From: Saprolegnia diclina VS20 | Taxonomy: Eukaryota | Assembly (NCBI RefSeq): GCF_000281045.1 | Contig: NW_008246147.1 | Coordinates: 69,972 to 123,436, forward strand | Direction of reading: 5' to 3' | Length of the DNA stretch: 53,465 nt | Part shown: positions 23,501-34,229 of the stretch, piece by piece | Layout: each line of letters starts with the position of its first letter | How positions within the stretch are numbered: the stretch's first letter is position 1 | Program-made: the position numbers and the translations under genes | The notes under the pieces: generated by a model | The model's input: the letters and a program-made list of their open reading frames with translations, nothing else | Told to the model about the DNA's origin: nothing | Database searches by the model: none

Positions 23501-25597
23501 CGCCGTGGGCGACGCACCGTGGGCAAGGAGCCGGCTCACGGCCTTGAGCCGCCCATAGCTTGCGGCCAAGTGAAGGGCAGTGTTGCGCTGGCTGTCGAGC
23601 ACATCGACGAGCACCCGCTCACTTAAGAGGAGGTCCAGAAGCTTGGCGTGGCCAAAGAGCGCCGCATAGTGCAAGAGCGTTCTGCCCATGCAGTCGGGTT
23701 GGTTGAGGACGCGCTTGTCGGGCAGTGTCGGCAGCAGGATGCGCAGAAGCTCGACCGGGCACTCGGTGGTCGAAATGGGGAGGTCGAGGACCCGGGGCAC
23801 CGGCGGCGGCGTCTCTAGCCGCAGCCAGAGCAAGGGAAACACTTGGATTTGGTCCGACTGAAGCGGGATCGACGAGCTCTTCTTGCACCAATCACCGTGC
23901 GCAGCGTGACCGTTGACGACGTGCCATTCGCCGGTGGTTGCAGTTGTCCGCACGGTGCCCAGGAGACGCGAGTAATACCGCGACGGGTGCGCGTGACGTT
24001 CGATGAGCATCGTCGGTGGATGGTGCGGCGCCGGTGACGCCTCGGTCTCCTCGAGCTGCGTCTCCATCGCCAAGAGCCGCAACTTGGACTGCAGACTTGG
24101 TAGCTTGGGGTTGTGCGAGAGAATGAGCCCTTGGGTGTCCTTGACGACGAGGCCTGTGGCGCCACCGTGGATAACGAGGGGCTTGGTTTCCTTGCGCAGC
24201 CGAGACACGAGCTGGCGGCGGGATTTGGCCTGCAGCGTCCGTTGGTTCACGAGCCAGTCGCCGCACCAGTACTGACACAGCCGCCACACGTACGCGTCCG
24301 GCGCATGCAGCCTACGTATGCATCCTTGTCGTTGTCGGTTGCAGCGAGGTGAAAGCCGTACCGTAGGCGCAGATGCTTGTACAAGGGCGCGACGTCACGA
24401 ACCTTCTTGGTGAACGATGGCAGCGTGTAGTGGTGGTGCTGAAACTGAAAGGCGAGCAGCGGGCGCTGTTGGTTCGGGTGCGGGTCGCTCGTGGGCTCTA
24501 CCGGCGTTCGCTTGGTCTCAGCGCTGTATGCGAGCTCGTTGCGCTGCCAGTGGCGGCCGGGCGTCCCGAGGACAGCAAACGGCACGAGCTCCCAGGCTTT
24601 CACGTCGCCTTCCTTGGCCCGCGCCACGGGGCGACCTACGTAGTGTCGAAAAATTCTGGACAAATCGACAAAAATGTCTAATGCACCGTGACTGAGAAAC
24701 TCAAACGCAGCGTCGAGGTGCCCGAGTTGCGCCGTTGCCATGGCCCGGACGCGATCCACGGAGGCCGAATGCAGCTCGTGCACCGAGTCAAACTCAATGT
24801 AGCCGAGGAGCGACGACGATTTTTCGAGCGCTACGTAAAGCCGCGGGCGCGCTGCCACAGACGATGCCATCAAAGTCGGGTGAAGAGGAGCTGCAGTACC
24901 TTCGCCTGTGCACGCTTCAAGGTAGCTGAGGAGACCAGGATGCCCGAGAACCCACGCGCAAAACGTCGCCTTGTCGACGCTGTCTTGGCGTTTGGGGTCG
25001 GTCGCCATCCCAGCCTGCGCGAGCTTTTCGATAGTGTCGGCGACACCCTATAAGAATATGACATGCTACCTAAGAACATAGAGTGACGCACGATGTTTGT
25101 TTGCGTCAGCTTGATAATGCTGCGGGCGACGGCTTGGAGCACTACGCCACACGCTGAGAGCCGCTTGCGCATACTTACATACGCAAAAAGAGGCTAGGCG
25201 GCGAGAGACGACCCGTGCTCTGCGTGTCGACCACGTCGAACAAGACTAACCAGAGGCTTTAGTTTCGATGTGGAGCAGTGCACGTACAGGCCACCCGCTG
25301 CGCCATCGTGGCTTGGCAGAGAAGGATCAAGCACACAAAGACCTCCATCATGTCGACGACGGGCACGGCAGGCGACGCGCGGACCTTGGCAGGCGCAAAG
25401 ACACGAAAGCAGAGCGAGACGAACGGATCTGGGAGTGCGCGCCCGAGGACGAACCCGAGCTGTTCCATGGTCACGCAGTAGCGCAGGGTCATGTGGCGGT
25501 ATTTTTTCAGGACGACATGAACGTCGAGGACGTCCCAGTCCCGGAGCACACGGCGCAGGTCGCCTTGGGCGCGCAGTGACGACGGGGCTGATCCCAT
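17582..25597 (-). CDS. Very large multi-exon protein: N-terminal EF-hand (calcineurin-B/NCS-like) region followed by many ankyrin repeats
   Basis: Starts MGSAPS. Spliced EF-hand-like FLFDVVDTQSTGRLSP and DSVDKATF. Numerous ANK motifs (GRTLLHYAA, NTALHLAA, GKTALHVA, GNTPLHLAC, GHTPLTLA, GQTPLHL). GT-AG introns link the ORFs where checked; not every junction was resolved. Confidence 0.7.
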
Positions 25598-26271
25598 GGG
25601 TGCCGGTTGGCCAATGAGGCGTCTGATTGGTCGGTGCGCGATCTTGAACGGTCACTTTGCACTTTGGGTGTCCTTTCTACCTTTCCAATGGATCAAAACA
25701 CACATCTCGCGGCCGAATGCGTCGAGTTGTGCGTCTCGGCGGTACGCTCGACGCTGAGCAGCTCGGCGCCATTGCTCGCCAGTTCGCACCACGCGGGGAG
25801 GTTTTTTAACCGAATAAATAACGTTTGTTAATAAAGGACCTCGTGGTGGATTTATTTGCGTGTCTAGCTCGATCGGGTCAACGCCAAGTCGCCATTGTAG
25901 CAGCTGGTCATTTGAGCTGGAGTTACGACGCGAGGTTTTCTGGTCCAGTGCATGTCTAGTACGAACAAGGAACCCTTCGGTTCTGGCGATACCAGAGCCT
26001 GGCTAGACGAATAAATCCACTGAAAATTTGTTGAGAATGGCTGCACGTAACCAGGCGCGTGACGAACCCTTGGGTCGCCGTACCACTGTCACCCAGGGTT
26101 GACTCCTGGACTTCCACCTGCTTGGGCGTTTGGCGCCATCGATGGGGAGTGGGATAGGGTAGGACATGACCTTGTTGAAGTTGCTATGTAGCTCCGATGA
26201 ACATCATAGTCTGCACCTCGGTTCGAGCACTTGGTCGACGATGCTGCAGATTTTGTTTCGACACATTTGCA

Positions 26272-27578
26272 ATGCTCGCTTGCTGTTTGTTTTTGCTGGC
26301 GACGGTAGCGCACGCTGCTGTTTCTAACATCGACTCAGGTTCACGCATCGTAGATGGCTGGAGTCTTTGCCCAAAGCTTGCATCCGCGCACGTCTCTCTC
26401 GGCGAGCGGCGCCAGTGCGCTCGACTTCACCGTCTTGCAGATTGCCGACATGCACTACACGGGCGATTCGAGCTTCCGATGCGGCGACCCGCCGCCGTGC
26501 ACCGAGGCCAACACCACGGCCTTCATTGAGGCGCTTCTCAAAAAGGTCAAGCCGGACCTCGTTGTCTTTACGGGCGACCAAGTCGAGAACCATCTCCTCC
26601 AACACGTATATCCATACGCTCCCACGTTCTTTGCTCATATACTGCCACGTAGAACCTCTCGGAGGTCAAGACCGCCATTGACGCGTCCATTCGGCTCGTG
26701 ATTGCCCATAAGGTGCCGTGGGCTTTTGTCTTTGGCAACCACGACGAAGGGGTAGGCATAAAGTTCCAGCGACACCGAGTCACCGGGGTTCTAGGCGTCC
26801 ATGCCACGACGCGCCATGTTCGACTATATGGCCCAGCAGCCGTATGCGGTGGCCCGTCGCGGCCCGAATGACGTCGGCGGCGTCGGCAACTACGTGCTCA
26901 ACGTCACCGACACGAGCAACGCCACCGTCTTTCGCCTCTACTTTATCGACACGCGAAACACAGACGAAGTGATTGCGCCGGCGCAGGTGGCCTACCTCCG
27001 GGCAGCGGCACCGACAGCACCACTGGCGCCGGCCGTGTTCTTTCACCACATTCCGCTGCCCGAGTACCAGCTCGGCTGGATGGACAAGCTCTTCCACAAA
27101 CACGTTGGGCACCGCGGCGAAACCATTTCCAGCGGCCCCCAAGCCGGTGTCTTCAACGCGCTCGTCAAGAGTACGTCGTGTCGACTTGTCATGGTGCTGA
27201 TCGGCGATCCTAGTGGGCGACGTCAAGGCGGCGTTCGCGGGTCACGACCACCTCAACAACTACTGCATTTTGCGCAAGGGCATCCAGCTCTGCTACGGCG
27301 GTGGCGTCGGCTACGGTACTTTCAATACGACAAAAACTGTGATCACGACCGTGACGGTACTAGGACAAGCGTATGGCAACCCGTCGGTCGCCCGGGCCGC
27401 CCGCGTGATCCAGTGGCGCCGAGACGACCGCGCTGAAACCATCACAACGTGGCGCCATCTCGACGACCGCGACGTGACCAAGACGACGCCCATGACCTTG
27501 TACGCGTCCTCCTCTTCGACGCCATACACCTTAGCTGCACTCCCGGTGGTGCTCGTCGCCATTGTCCTGGCACTCTAG
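26272..27578 (+). CDS. Calcineurin-like metallophosphoesterase (Dcr2/PAP29-like), multi-exon, signal peptide and C-terminal hydrophobic anchor
   Basis: Motifs QIADMHY, PDLVVFTGDQ, FGNHD, FHHIPLPEY, GHDHLNNY, LCYGGGVGYG. Confidence 0.85.
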
Positions 27579-27704
27579 TGCCCAATGTCGACGCACGTAT
27601 TTATCACGTAATACTATCAATATTTCAACGATCCAGCAAATCGACGTAGCCACTACTACTGACAAGTTGTCGTCAGCAATTCAAAAAGGGTAGTCTTCGA
27701 CACA

Positions 27705-29816
27705 TTAGACGGTTGTTGTGCCGTAGGCCATCTCCGAGAGCTGGCGCATGGCGTTGTTGGCGTGAGCGCCAAAGACCCACGTGTCAGGGATGTTGTCGGG
27801 GTGCAGCGCCGTCAATGACGAGAGCAAGACGCTCAGTCGCGACGGTTCATCGTCGCTCGCGTCTTCGGACGCACTTGTCGGCGGCAGTGGCGGCGCGTTC
27901 GGGTCCCGAGCGAGCACCTTGGCGAACGCCGAGTCTCGGTACAAGACGTGCTGCTTCTCTTGCCGGTGGACTTGGTTCCACGCAAGCAGCGCAACCTTTT
28001 CCTTCTGGCTTGTGCAACTCGAGGTGCGAATGCGGCGACGGGACGCAGTCGCGGGGCACGCAAAGACGTTGACGAGCAGTTGGGACAAGTCGGGGAACTG
28101 CCCGGTCGCTTGGCCCCAAATGCAGTTGGGCAGCATCGTCTTGGTCATCGCAAACACATCGGTGGTCGCGTTGGTCCGGGCGCAGTAGAGACAAAACTGG
28201 GAGAGCGCCTTGGCTTCGAGCGCCCGCGACTTGCGGCAGAGCAGCGAGAGCCCGCGCCGGCACTCGCTCAGAAGCTCGTGGTTGAGATCGAGCATCGACG
28301 CGCCAAACCGCTCGACGACGACCGCGCGCAGCTGGTCAAAGAACGGGTCGACGCGGAAGGCGAGCGCGTGCACGGGCGAGTAGATGACCGCGATATGGTG
28401 CGTGAGGATGTCGGTCAAGGCGCGGGGATACTCGTGGTGCAGCGTCGAGACGAGCCCGCACGCCTCGTAGATGGTACTTGGCATCTCGAGAAAGGCCATT
28501 TTCAAATGCAAAAACACGGCGTAGATGGCCGAGAAGGTCGCTTCCGAGCTCTGGAGGTAGGCAATCGCTGCGTGGAGCGGCGAGAGCACGGCCAAGAGCG
28601 CCTTGCTCGCCTTCCAGAAGCCAACGTCGTGGATGATGCCCATCATAGCCGGGTCCAACCGAACGCTCGACGCGTCATTGTTGGCGATCGCAGCCGGCAG
28701 CGCCGTGATGACGCTCCGGAGCCGGTCCAGTGACGTCAGCATGTCGACAATCGAGGCAAAGGACTCGGGGCGGAAGATCGCCGGCAGCGACACGTCGTCG
28801 CGCAGGACGTGCTGGCACGTGTTCTCGAAAAGCGAGGCTAGCGCCGGGTCGTGGAGGCAGTGGAGCAGCGCAAGCGCCTTCTTGAGCTGCTGCTTGGGCC
28901 CTGGCAGCGCGCAGACGTCGCGGCAGACAGCGTGGAGCGCCGCAGCAATGTCGCCGTAGGTAAACTCAAATGCGTCCGGCGCGGTTTCCTTCTCGAGCAG
29001 CGACCGGACCACCGGCATGGACGGCCGGCCGTCGGCGCAAAAGGCGAGGAAGGGAAGCGCGGACGTGAGGTTCCAGAGGTCGCTGCCGTCGTGGCCGTCG
29101 GCGGGCGAGAGGAACGCTGGCGCCGCCGACGCAATCATGGCGCGCGCGTGGCGTCGGGCGGCAATGATGTGCACGGCCATGGACTCGGCGGAGTCGCTGG
29201 CAAGGACGTCGGCGCTCGGGATCGCGCACGGGAACGGCGTAAAGAGCGTGAGGAACGTCTCGCCAGGCGGCAGCGCGAGCACGCCGGCGCCGCTAGACGC
29301 AAGCTGCGACCGTATCGCATCGAGCTCCGTGTTGTACTCGGCGTCGAGGAGCCGTCCGTGGATGTCTACGGGCGTCGGCACGACAAAGTCGGGCGCGAGG
29401 ACCTTGAAGAAGGCGAGGAACGCCGGGTGCTGGAAGACCGACGGGTCCATGGACGCGCTGAGGACGGCGCGGGTGAGGAGCTTCTCAGCCTTGGCCTGCT
29501 GCAGCGGCGCTTGCGGCGCGCTCGTGTCCTCTTGCTTGGTGCGCTTGGCGCTGTGCTGAGCAAAGGCCTCTTCCTTGCCAGCATCGTCGACACCGGCGCG
29601 GCGCTTGTGAGCCATGTCGACCGGCGGGAGGTGCTCGTCGGGCAAGAGCGCCGGGTCGCGCTTGCGGCAGATCTCGAGGTGGCGCTTGAGCGACGTCGTG
29701 ACCGCGCAGACGAAGTTGGTGCAGAACTTGCAGGTCACGCAGGCCGTGACCTTGCCCGGGCGCATGACCGGCGTGTCATCGAACCACTTCCAGAGCGGAT
29801 CGCGATGGCGGCCCAT
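27705..29816 (-). CDS. hAT-transposase-derived protein with BED zinc finger (probably domesticated)
   Basis: BED finger (LWKWF...CKFC...LKRHLEIC), hAT-like FxxFxxxLxPxF and AFRVDP segments, and a C-terminal dimerisation-like W...FPDLSQL region. Intact 703 aa ORF, no TIRs recognised. Confidence 0.75.
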   Translation of the reverse strand: MGRHRDPLWKWFDDTPVMRPGKVTACVTCKFCTNFVCAVTTSLKRHLEICRKRDPALLPDEHLPPVDMAHKRRAGVDDAGKEEAFAQHSAKRTKQEDTSAPQAPLQQAKAEKLLTRAVLSASMDPSVFQHPAFLAFFKVLAPDFVVPTPVDIHGRLLDAEYNTELDAIRSQLASSGAGVLALPPGETFLTLFTPFPCAIPSADVLASDSAESMAVHIIAARRHARAMIASAAPAFLSPADGHDGSDLWNLTSALPFLAFCADGRPSMPVVRSLLEKETAPDAFEFTYGDIAAALHAVCRDVCALPGPKQQLKKALALLHCLHDPALASLFENTCQHVLRDDVSLPAIFRPESFASIVDMLTSLDRLRSVITALPAAIANNDASSVRLDPAMMGIIHDVGFWKASKALLAVLSPLHAAIAYLQSSEATFSAIYAVFLHLKMAFLEMPSTIYEACGLVSTLHHEYPRALTDILTHHIAVIYSPVHALAFRVDPFFDQLRAVVVERFGASMLDLNHELLSECRRGLSLLCRKSRALEAKALSQFCLYCARTNATTDVFAMTKTMLPNCIWGQATGQFPDLSQLLVNVFACPATASRRRIRTSSCTSQKEKVALLAWNQVHRQEKQHVLYRDSAFAKVLARDPNAPPLPPTSASEDASDDEPSRLSVLLSSLTALHPDNIPDTWVFGAHANNAMRQLSEMAYGTTTV

Positions 29817-30436
29817 GGGGTTGTTGCTGGCAAAGTACTTTGCACGTTAAAAAAGCCACTGGCTATTTTCAAAGTTGCTCGCTCGAAATATTCGAACCTT
29901 GGTCACGATTGGTTGAAATTCAAAATTCAAAATGCACGCACGATGATTGGCTTGATGCACGCTGATCCTCTCCACCGTGTCGCGAGCTTACCCCACGCCT
30001 CATAGCCTCGCTGTACCCTCGAGCATAGCTAACTTCATCGACGCCAAGACCTCGTTCATGGCCTTGCGGTGCTGGCCGCGGCTTGGTCTTCGCTACTTCA
30101 GAGTACCGGTACCGTGCCTGCCTACCGAAGCATGTCGAATTCCATTGGTCCATTATTGGCCAATCAACGTGCATCCAACCAATAAGTGGCATGTGCCATA
30201 AATAACCAAGACCGCCACCGCTTCAGCCTAGCCCTTCAGCCTATTCGCCATCTACCTTGCGCTCTCGACCCGTTGTAAACGCTGGCAGATTATGTTCTCA
30301 ACATAGTATCTTGGCTTGGTATCGGGATGCGCTGCTATTGCCGCTGCGATATAACGTACGACAGGTCAACGTTGCGTGCGAATAGCCACATGCCGAATCT
30401 AATCTCGCACCTGGGCATTATTCTTCAAAGTGAGCG

Positions 30437-30754
30437 ATGGCCGGCCGGAGCGTGCCACAGATCTACCGGCGAGTGCTCAAGCTCGCGCAGCGCTTCCCGA
30501 GCATCAAGAAGGACCAGCTCGTCGCCGACATCAAGGCCGAGTTCCACGAGAACGCGAGCCTGACGGACGCGGCCAAGATCCAGGAGAAGATCGCGATCGC
30601 GGTCAAAGGCATCGAGCAGCTCGGGCAGTATGTGCATTTGGACCCGACCGCCCACAGCTGGACCGTCGAGATGGAGAAGGATCCGTTCGGGCAGAACCAG
30701 CCGCGGCCCGCGGACGTCCGCGTCGTCACGCCGCCCAAGCCCAGCGAGGTCTAA
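30437..30754 (+). CDS. LYR-motif (Complex1_LYR family) mitochondrial protein
   Basis: IYRRVLKLAQRFP...IKAEFHENA matches the LYR...F signature. Confidence 0.8.
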   Translation: MAGRSVPQIYRRVLKLAQRFPSIKKDQLVADIKAEFHENASLTDAAKIQEKIAIAVKGIEQLGQYVHLDPTAHSWTVEMEKDPFGQNQPRPADVRVVTPPKPSEV

Positions 30755-30816
30755 TACGCTTGAATGGCAAACGAAACAAAATAGCTTTTTCTGAGAGGTG
30801 TATGCATCTAGAGATT

Positions 30817-32274
30817 CTACTTGGGCGCAAACTTGGCAGCGATCGCGTCGACGTCCAGCGCACTCGGTCGCTTGTTGGCGACGATCCCGCTCTCTTGGAG
30901 GATGTCCATGGCCGGGCCAAAGCCCTTGAGGAAGTCGTTGACCATCGACGGCGCCGACGCATCGCTGCCGTTGTTGAAGGCCCACACCTTGGGCTGAAGC
31001 CCCTGCAGCGCCTTGGCCTGCGACTCGGCGAGTTGCTGCGGCACTTCGGCGCGGATGTAGAGGTACTGCTTGGCCAGGTCGGCGTCGTTGCCCGCCGCCG
31101 CCACGATCGCGGCAAGACCCTCGCTCTCCATGAGCATCTTGGCCTTGAGACCGCGGCCCTCGGCTTCCATCATGGCGAGGGCGGCCTCAGCGTCGCGCTC
31201 AGCCGCATACAAGCGCGCGTTGGCCTGTTCACGCAGCGCGTCGGCTTCGACCTGGGCCGACGTGAGAATGTCGGCCTTCTTGGCCACGAGGAGCTGCTCC
31301 TGGCGCAGCTGCTCGACGTTCAATCGAAGCTGCTGGAGGCGCACTTCGGCCATCTGCTCGGCTTCGATCTTGGCAACCTCGATCTTGCGCGACGCTTCGC
31401 CCTCGATGATCGCCAGCGTCGCCTTCGAGTTGGCGATCGCGGCTTGCTGCTCGTTCTCGGTGAGCTGCGCCTCCTTCTCCATATTAGCGACCGCAATGCG
31501 CGTGTCGCGCTGGCGGGTTTTTTGCTCAATGTCACCGCGCTTGTTGGCGTCGGCCACGTCAATCTCGGCGTCTTGAAGCGTGTTGGCGAGCTTCTTGCGC
31601 TCGCGCGCTTCGAGGTAACCCATCTGGCCACTCGCGCGCTTGGCCTCCCGGAGCTCGGCGATATTGGCGTTGATGATCTCGAGGCCGAGCTGGTTGAGCT
31701 GCCGCTGGACGAGCGCCACGACGTTGGTCCGGAACGCCTCGCGGTCGTCGTTGATCGCGTCAATGTCCATGAGCGCCGCCTGCACGCGCGTTTCGCCGTG
31801 GATGATGCCGAGCAGCGTCTCTTCAAACTCATCCGCCGGCAGCTTTTGCATGCGCTCGACGTAGCGCTTGAAGCCAGCAGGATCTTCCATCGGGTTGGCC
31901 GGCGCCACCGTGTACGCGACCGGCATCTCGAACGGAAGGTACTGCTTGGAGAGACATGCGAGGTTGAAACGGAAGCTCGACGGGTTCATGGGCACGGTGA
32001 TGGCCTCCTGGAACGGCCACTGAAGGCCCATGCGGCTCACCGCCATGTCCTTGATGCCGAGACCCGTGCGCACGAGATACTGGCTGGGCGGGCACACGTG
32101 GTAGCGGCACGTGCCGAGCCAGACGCCAAAGCCCACGACGCCAAGCGCCGCGAGCGCGCTCGCCTCCTTCCACGGAAACTCGATCGGCTCCCGCGTCGGC
32201 GGCTGGCGGCCGGTCGATGGCGTACTCTTGATGTTGCTGGCGTTGCTGGTGTTGCTGGTCTTCGTTGAACTCAT
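30817..32274 (-). CDS. Flotillin-like SPFH/band 7 protein
   Basis: YLVRTGLGIKD, GIIHGETRV, LNQLGLEIINANIAEL SPFH motifs followed by Ala/Glu-rich flotillin coiled coil. Intronless. Confidence 0.85.
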   Translation of the reverse strand: MSSTKTSNTSNASNIKSTPSTGRQPPTREPIEFPWKEASALAALGVVGFGVWLGTCRYHVCPPSQYLVRTGLGIKDMAVSRMGLQWPFQEAITVPMNPSSFRFNLACLSKQYLPFEMPVAYTVAPANPMEDPAGFKRYVERMQKLPADEFEETLLGIIHGETRVQAALMDIDAINDDREAFRTNVVALVQRQLNQLGLEIINANIAELREAKRASGQMGYLEARERKKLANTLQDAEIDVADANKRGDIEQKTRQRDTRIAVANMEKEAQLTENEQQAAIANSKATLAIIEGEASRKIEVAKIEAEQMAEVRLQQLRLNVEQLRQEQLLVAKKADILTSAQVEADALREQANARLYAAERDAEAALAMMEAEGRGLKAKMLMESEGLAAIVAAAGNDADLAKQYLYIRAEVPQQLAESQAKALQGLQPKVWAFNNGSDASAPSMVNDFLKGFGPAMDILQESGIVANKRPSALDVDAIAAKFAPK

Positions 32275-32921
32275 ATTGGACAATGGATGTCGACACCCGA
32301 CTTTTCAGTGCACTGTCGGCGGGTTGTCGGCAGGGTTGTCAAAGCAGAGTGCTGGTCAAAGACTAACATTCTACGCAGCCGGGTCGTCACGGGGCGCACA
32401 ACGACCACGACGCTGACATCATCATCACTGATGAGAATGGCTCCTGATGAGTCATTAGGAGCCTCTAACTCGTGGCCGTCGACAGAGCAAAAATTCTGGT
32501 GCAGCGGGGATCGAAATGGGGTCCTTCTGGATATCCCCAGTGTCAATATATTTGTCCAAACGATGGAATCCAAAGGCGTCGGCTCCTCGTATCTCCTCGC
32601 ATACGACCTGTCTGGATGAGGCTAGGTCGACAACACTAGTAAACGGTTGTTGGGGTTACTGCCCCTCATCCGAGAAAGCACGTGCTTGCAGCTCTGCTTG
32701 CAGTTCAGGATGAAGCTCAACAACGCAGTCGCCCCGGCTAGGTCTAGGTAAGCTTCGTGAGCACGTCTTGATTCACTCACTCTTCATTTCGACGCCTCTT
32801 CAGTACATGTCTTCCACCACCCTCGGTGTGCAGGCCAGCAGGTCTCAACAACAGTTGCTTCAGCCCATGGAATAGAAGTTGACACTATATATTTCACTCA
32901 AATTAAATACGTGGTTGTTGA

Positions 32922-34229
32922 TTACGTGGAGGGATTGACGGGCAGCGGGCCATCGAGCACTTGCCGCTGCTGCGCGAGGAGCCCTGCCATGTCGAGGACG
33001 TACCCGCCAGGGTACGCGATTCGATGGTAGAGCGCAAACATCGCACTCACAAACAAGAGCGCGTCGACGCGATCCAGGAGGCCGCCGTGGCCAGGGATCA
33101 GCGTCCCCGTGTCCTTCACGCCCGCGAGCCGCTTGAGAAGCGACGCAAAGAGGTCGCCGTAGCGCGAAATCGCAGCACCGACAACCGCAAAGCCGAGCCG
33201 CAACCGAAACCGCATACGGTACTGCGCCTCGTCGGCCGTATCCTTATCGTCCAAGAGAAGAAAGTCGACAAAGATGACGCCGCCGACGCCGAGCAAGATG
33301 CCGCCCAAGGAGCCTTCAATGTCCTTGTTGGCCGAAATGTGCGCGGCAAGCGGGTGCGGGCGGCGGTAGCGCAGCCAGTTGAGGAGGTGACCAGTGAAAT
33401 ACGCGCCCGTGTCGGCGCCCCAGACGACCGCAAGGAAGCCGAGCGCGATACGCGGGCCGTCGTGGACTTGGAGAAGCAAGTCGGCCATCGGATACATGAG
33501 CTGTACGATGTAGCCGTAGCCGACGACCGCAAGAAGCGCGTGGAGACAGCCTCGGAGCATGCGGTCGGGCGCCAAGGTGGACGAGAGCGCTAGCGGGAGA
33601 TGGATGAGGACGAGCGCGAGGATCACTTCGATGCGCACGTGCGCGTTGCTGAGTGGCACGAAGCAGTGGCGTTGTCCGGTGTCGCAGAGGATCTTGGCGA
33701 GGACCGAGAACGAGTAAAAGATCTGCTGTGTCAGAAGCACGACCGCTGACGTCCAATTCGGCGTCAAGAGCGCGCAGTAGAGTGTAAGCCACGCCGACAT
33801 GCCAAGAAAGATGGTAAACTCGTGGATCGCGTTGTGCGGGAGGTGGTACCACTCGATGCAGCGCTGGAGGTGGGCAAAGCCGATCGCGAGACCGCTGGCG
33901 ACGACCGCGGCGAGAAGCGCGGCGAGCGTCTTGGGGTAGGCGCCCGCGAGGCCCGAGACCGCGCAAGTCGAGGCGTCAAAGGGCGGCAGGTCGGTGCGAG
34001 TGGTTGCGAGCAAGCTGTGCATGTAGCGGTGCACGATGCGCTCGGCGAGCCATGCAAACTCGTAGTTGCAGATGGCAACGACAAAGGCGCAGAGGTAGAA
34101 AGGCGCGCCGTGCGGACCGTAGAAGAGATATGCAACGACGAGCGACCCTAAGATCAGGGCAGAGAGCACGCGCTGGGCGAGGTTCGACTGCCGCAGCGCC
34201 GCCCAGGACGGCACGCGCGGTAGCTTCAT
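32922..34229 (-). CDS. Phosphatidate cytidylyltransferase (CDP-diacylglycerol synthase)
   Basis: DTGAYFTG, ISANKDIEG, GDLFASLLKR and KDTGTLIPGHGGLLDRVD signature. Multi-TM. Confidence 0.85.
   Translation of the reverse strand: MKLPRVPSWAALRQSNLAQRVLSALILGSLVVAYLFYGPHGAPFYLCAFVVAICNYEFAWLAERIVHRYMHSLLATTRTDLPPFDASTCAVSGLAGAYPKTLAALLAAVVASGLAIGFAHLQRCIEWYHLPHNAIHEFTIFLGMSAWLTLYCALLTPNWTSAVVLLTQQIFYSFSVLAKILCDTGQRHCFVPLSNAHVRIEVILALVLIHLPLALSSTLAPDRMLRGCLHALLAVVGYGYIVQLMYPMADLLLQVHDGPRIALGFLAVVWGADTGAYFTGHLLNWLRYRRPHPLAAHISANKDIEGSLGGILLGVGGVIFVDFLLLDDKDTADEAQYRMRFRLRLGFAVVGAAISRYGDLFASLLKRLAGVKDTGTLIPGHGGLLDRVDALLFVSAMFALYHRIAYPGGYVLDMAGLLAQQRQVLDGPLPVNPST

Noticed and set aside
30430..32268. 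Long antisense ORFs (this 612 aa one, also 242-1276, 11455-12522, 28851-30005)
   Set aside because: Shadow frames of GC3-rich real genes on the opposite strand, with no independent motifs.
32428..32470. CTGATGA twice, suggesting a hammerhead ribozyme or C/D snoRNA
   Set aside because: No GAAA after a stem II and no convincing box D/terminal stem. Retained only as an inverted-repeat finding.
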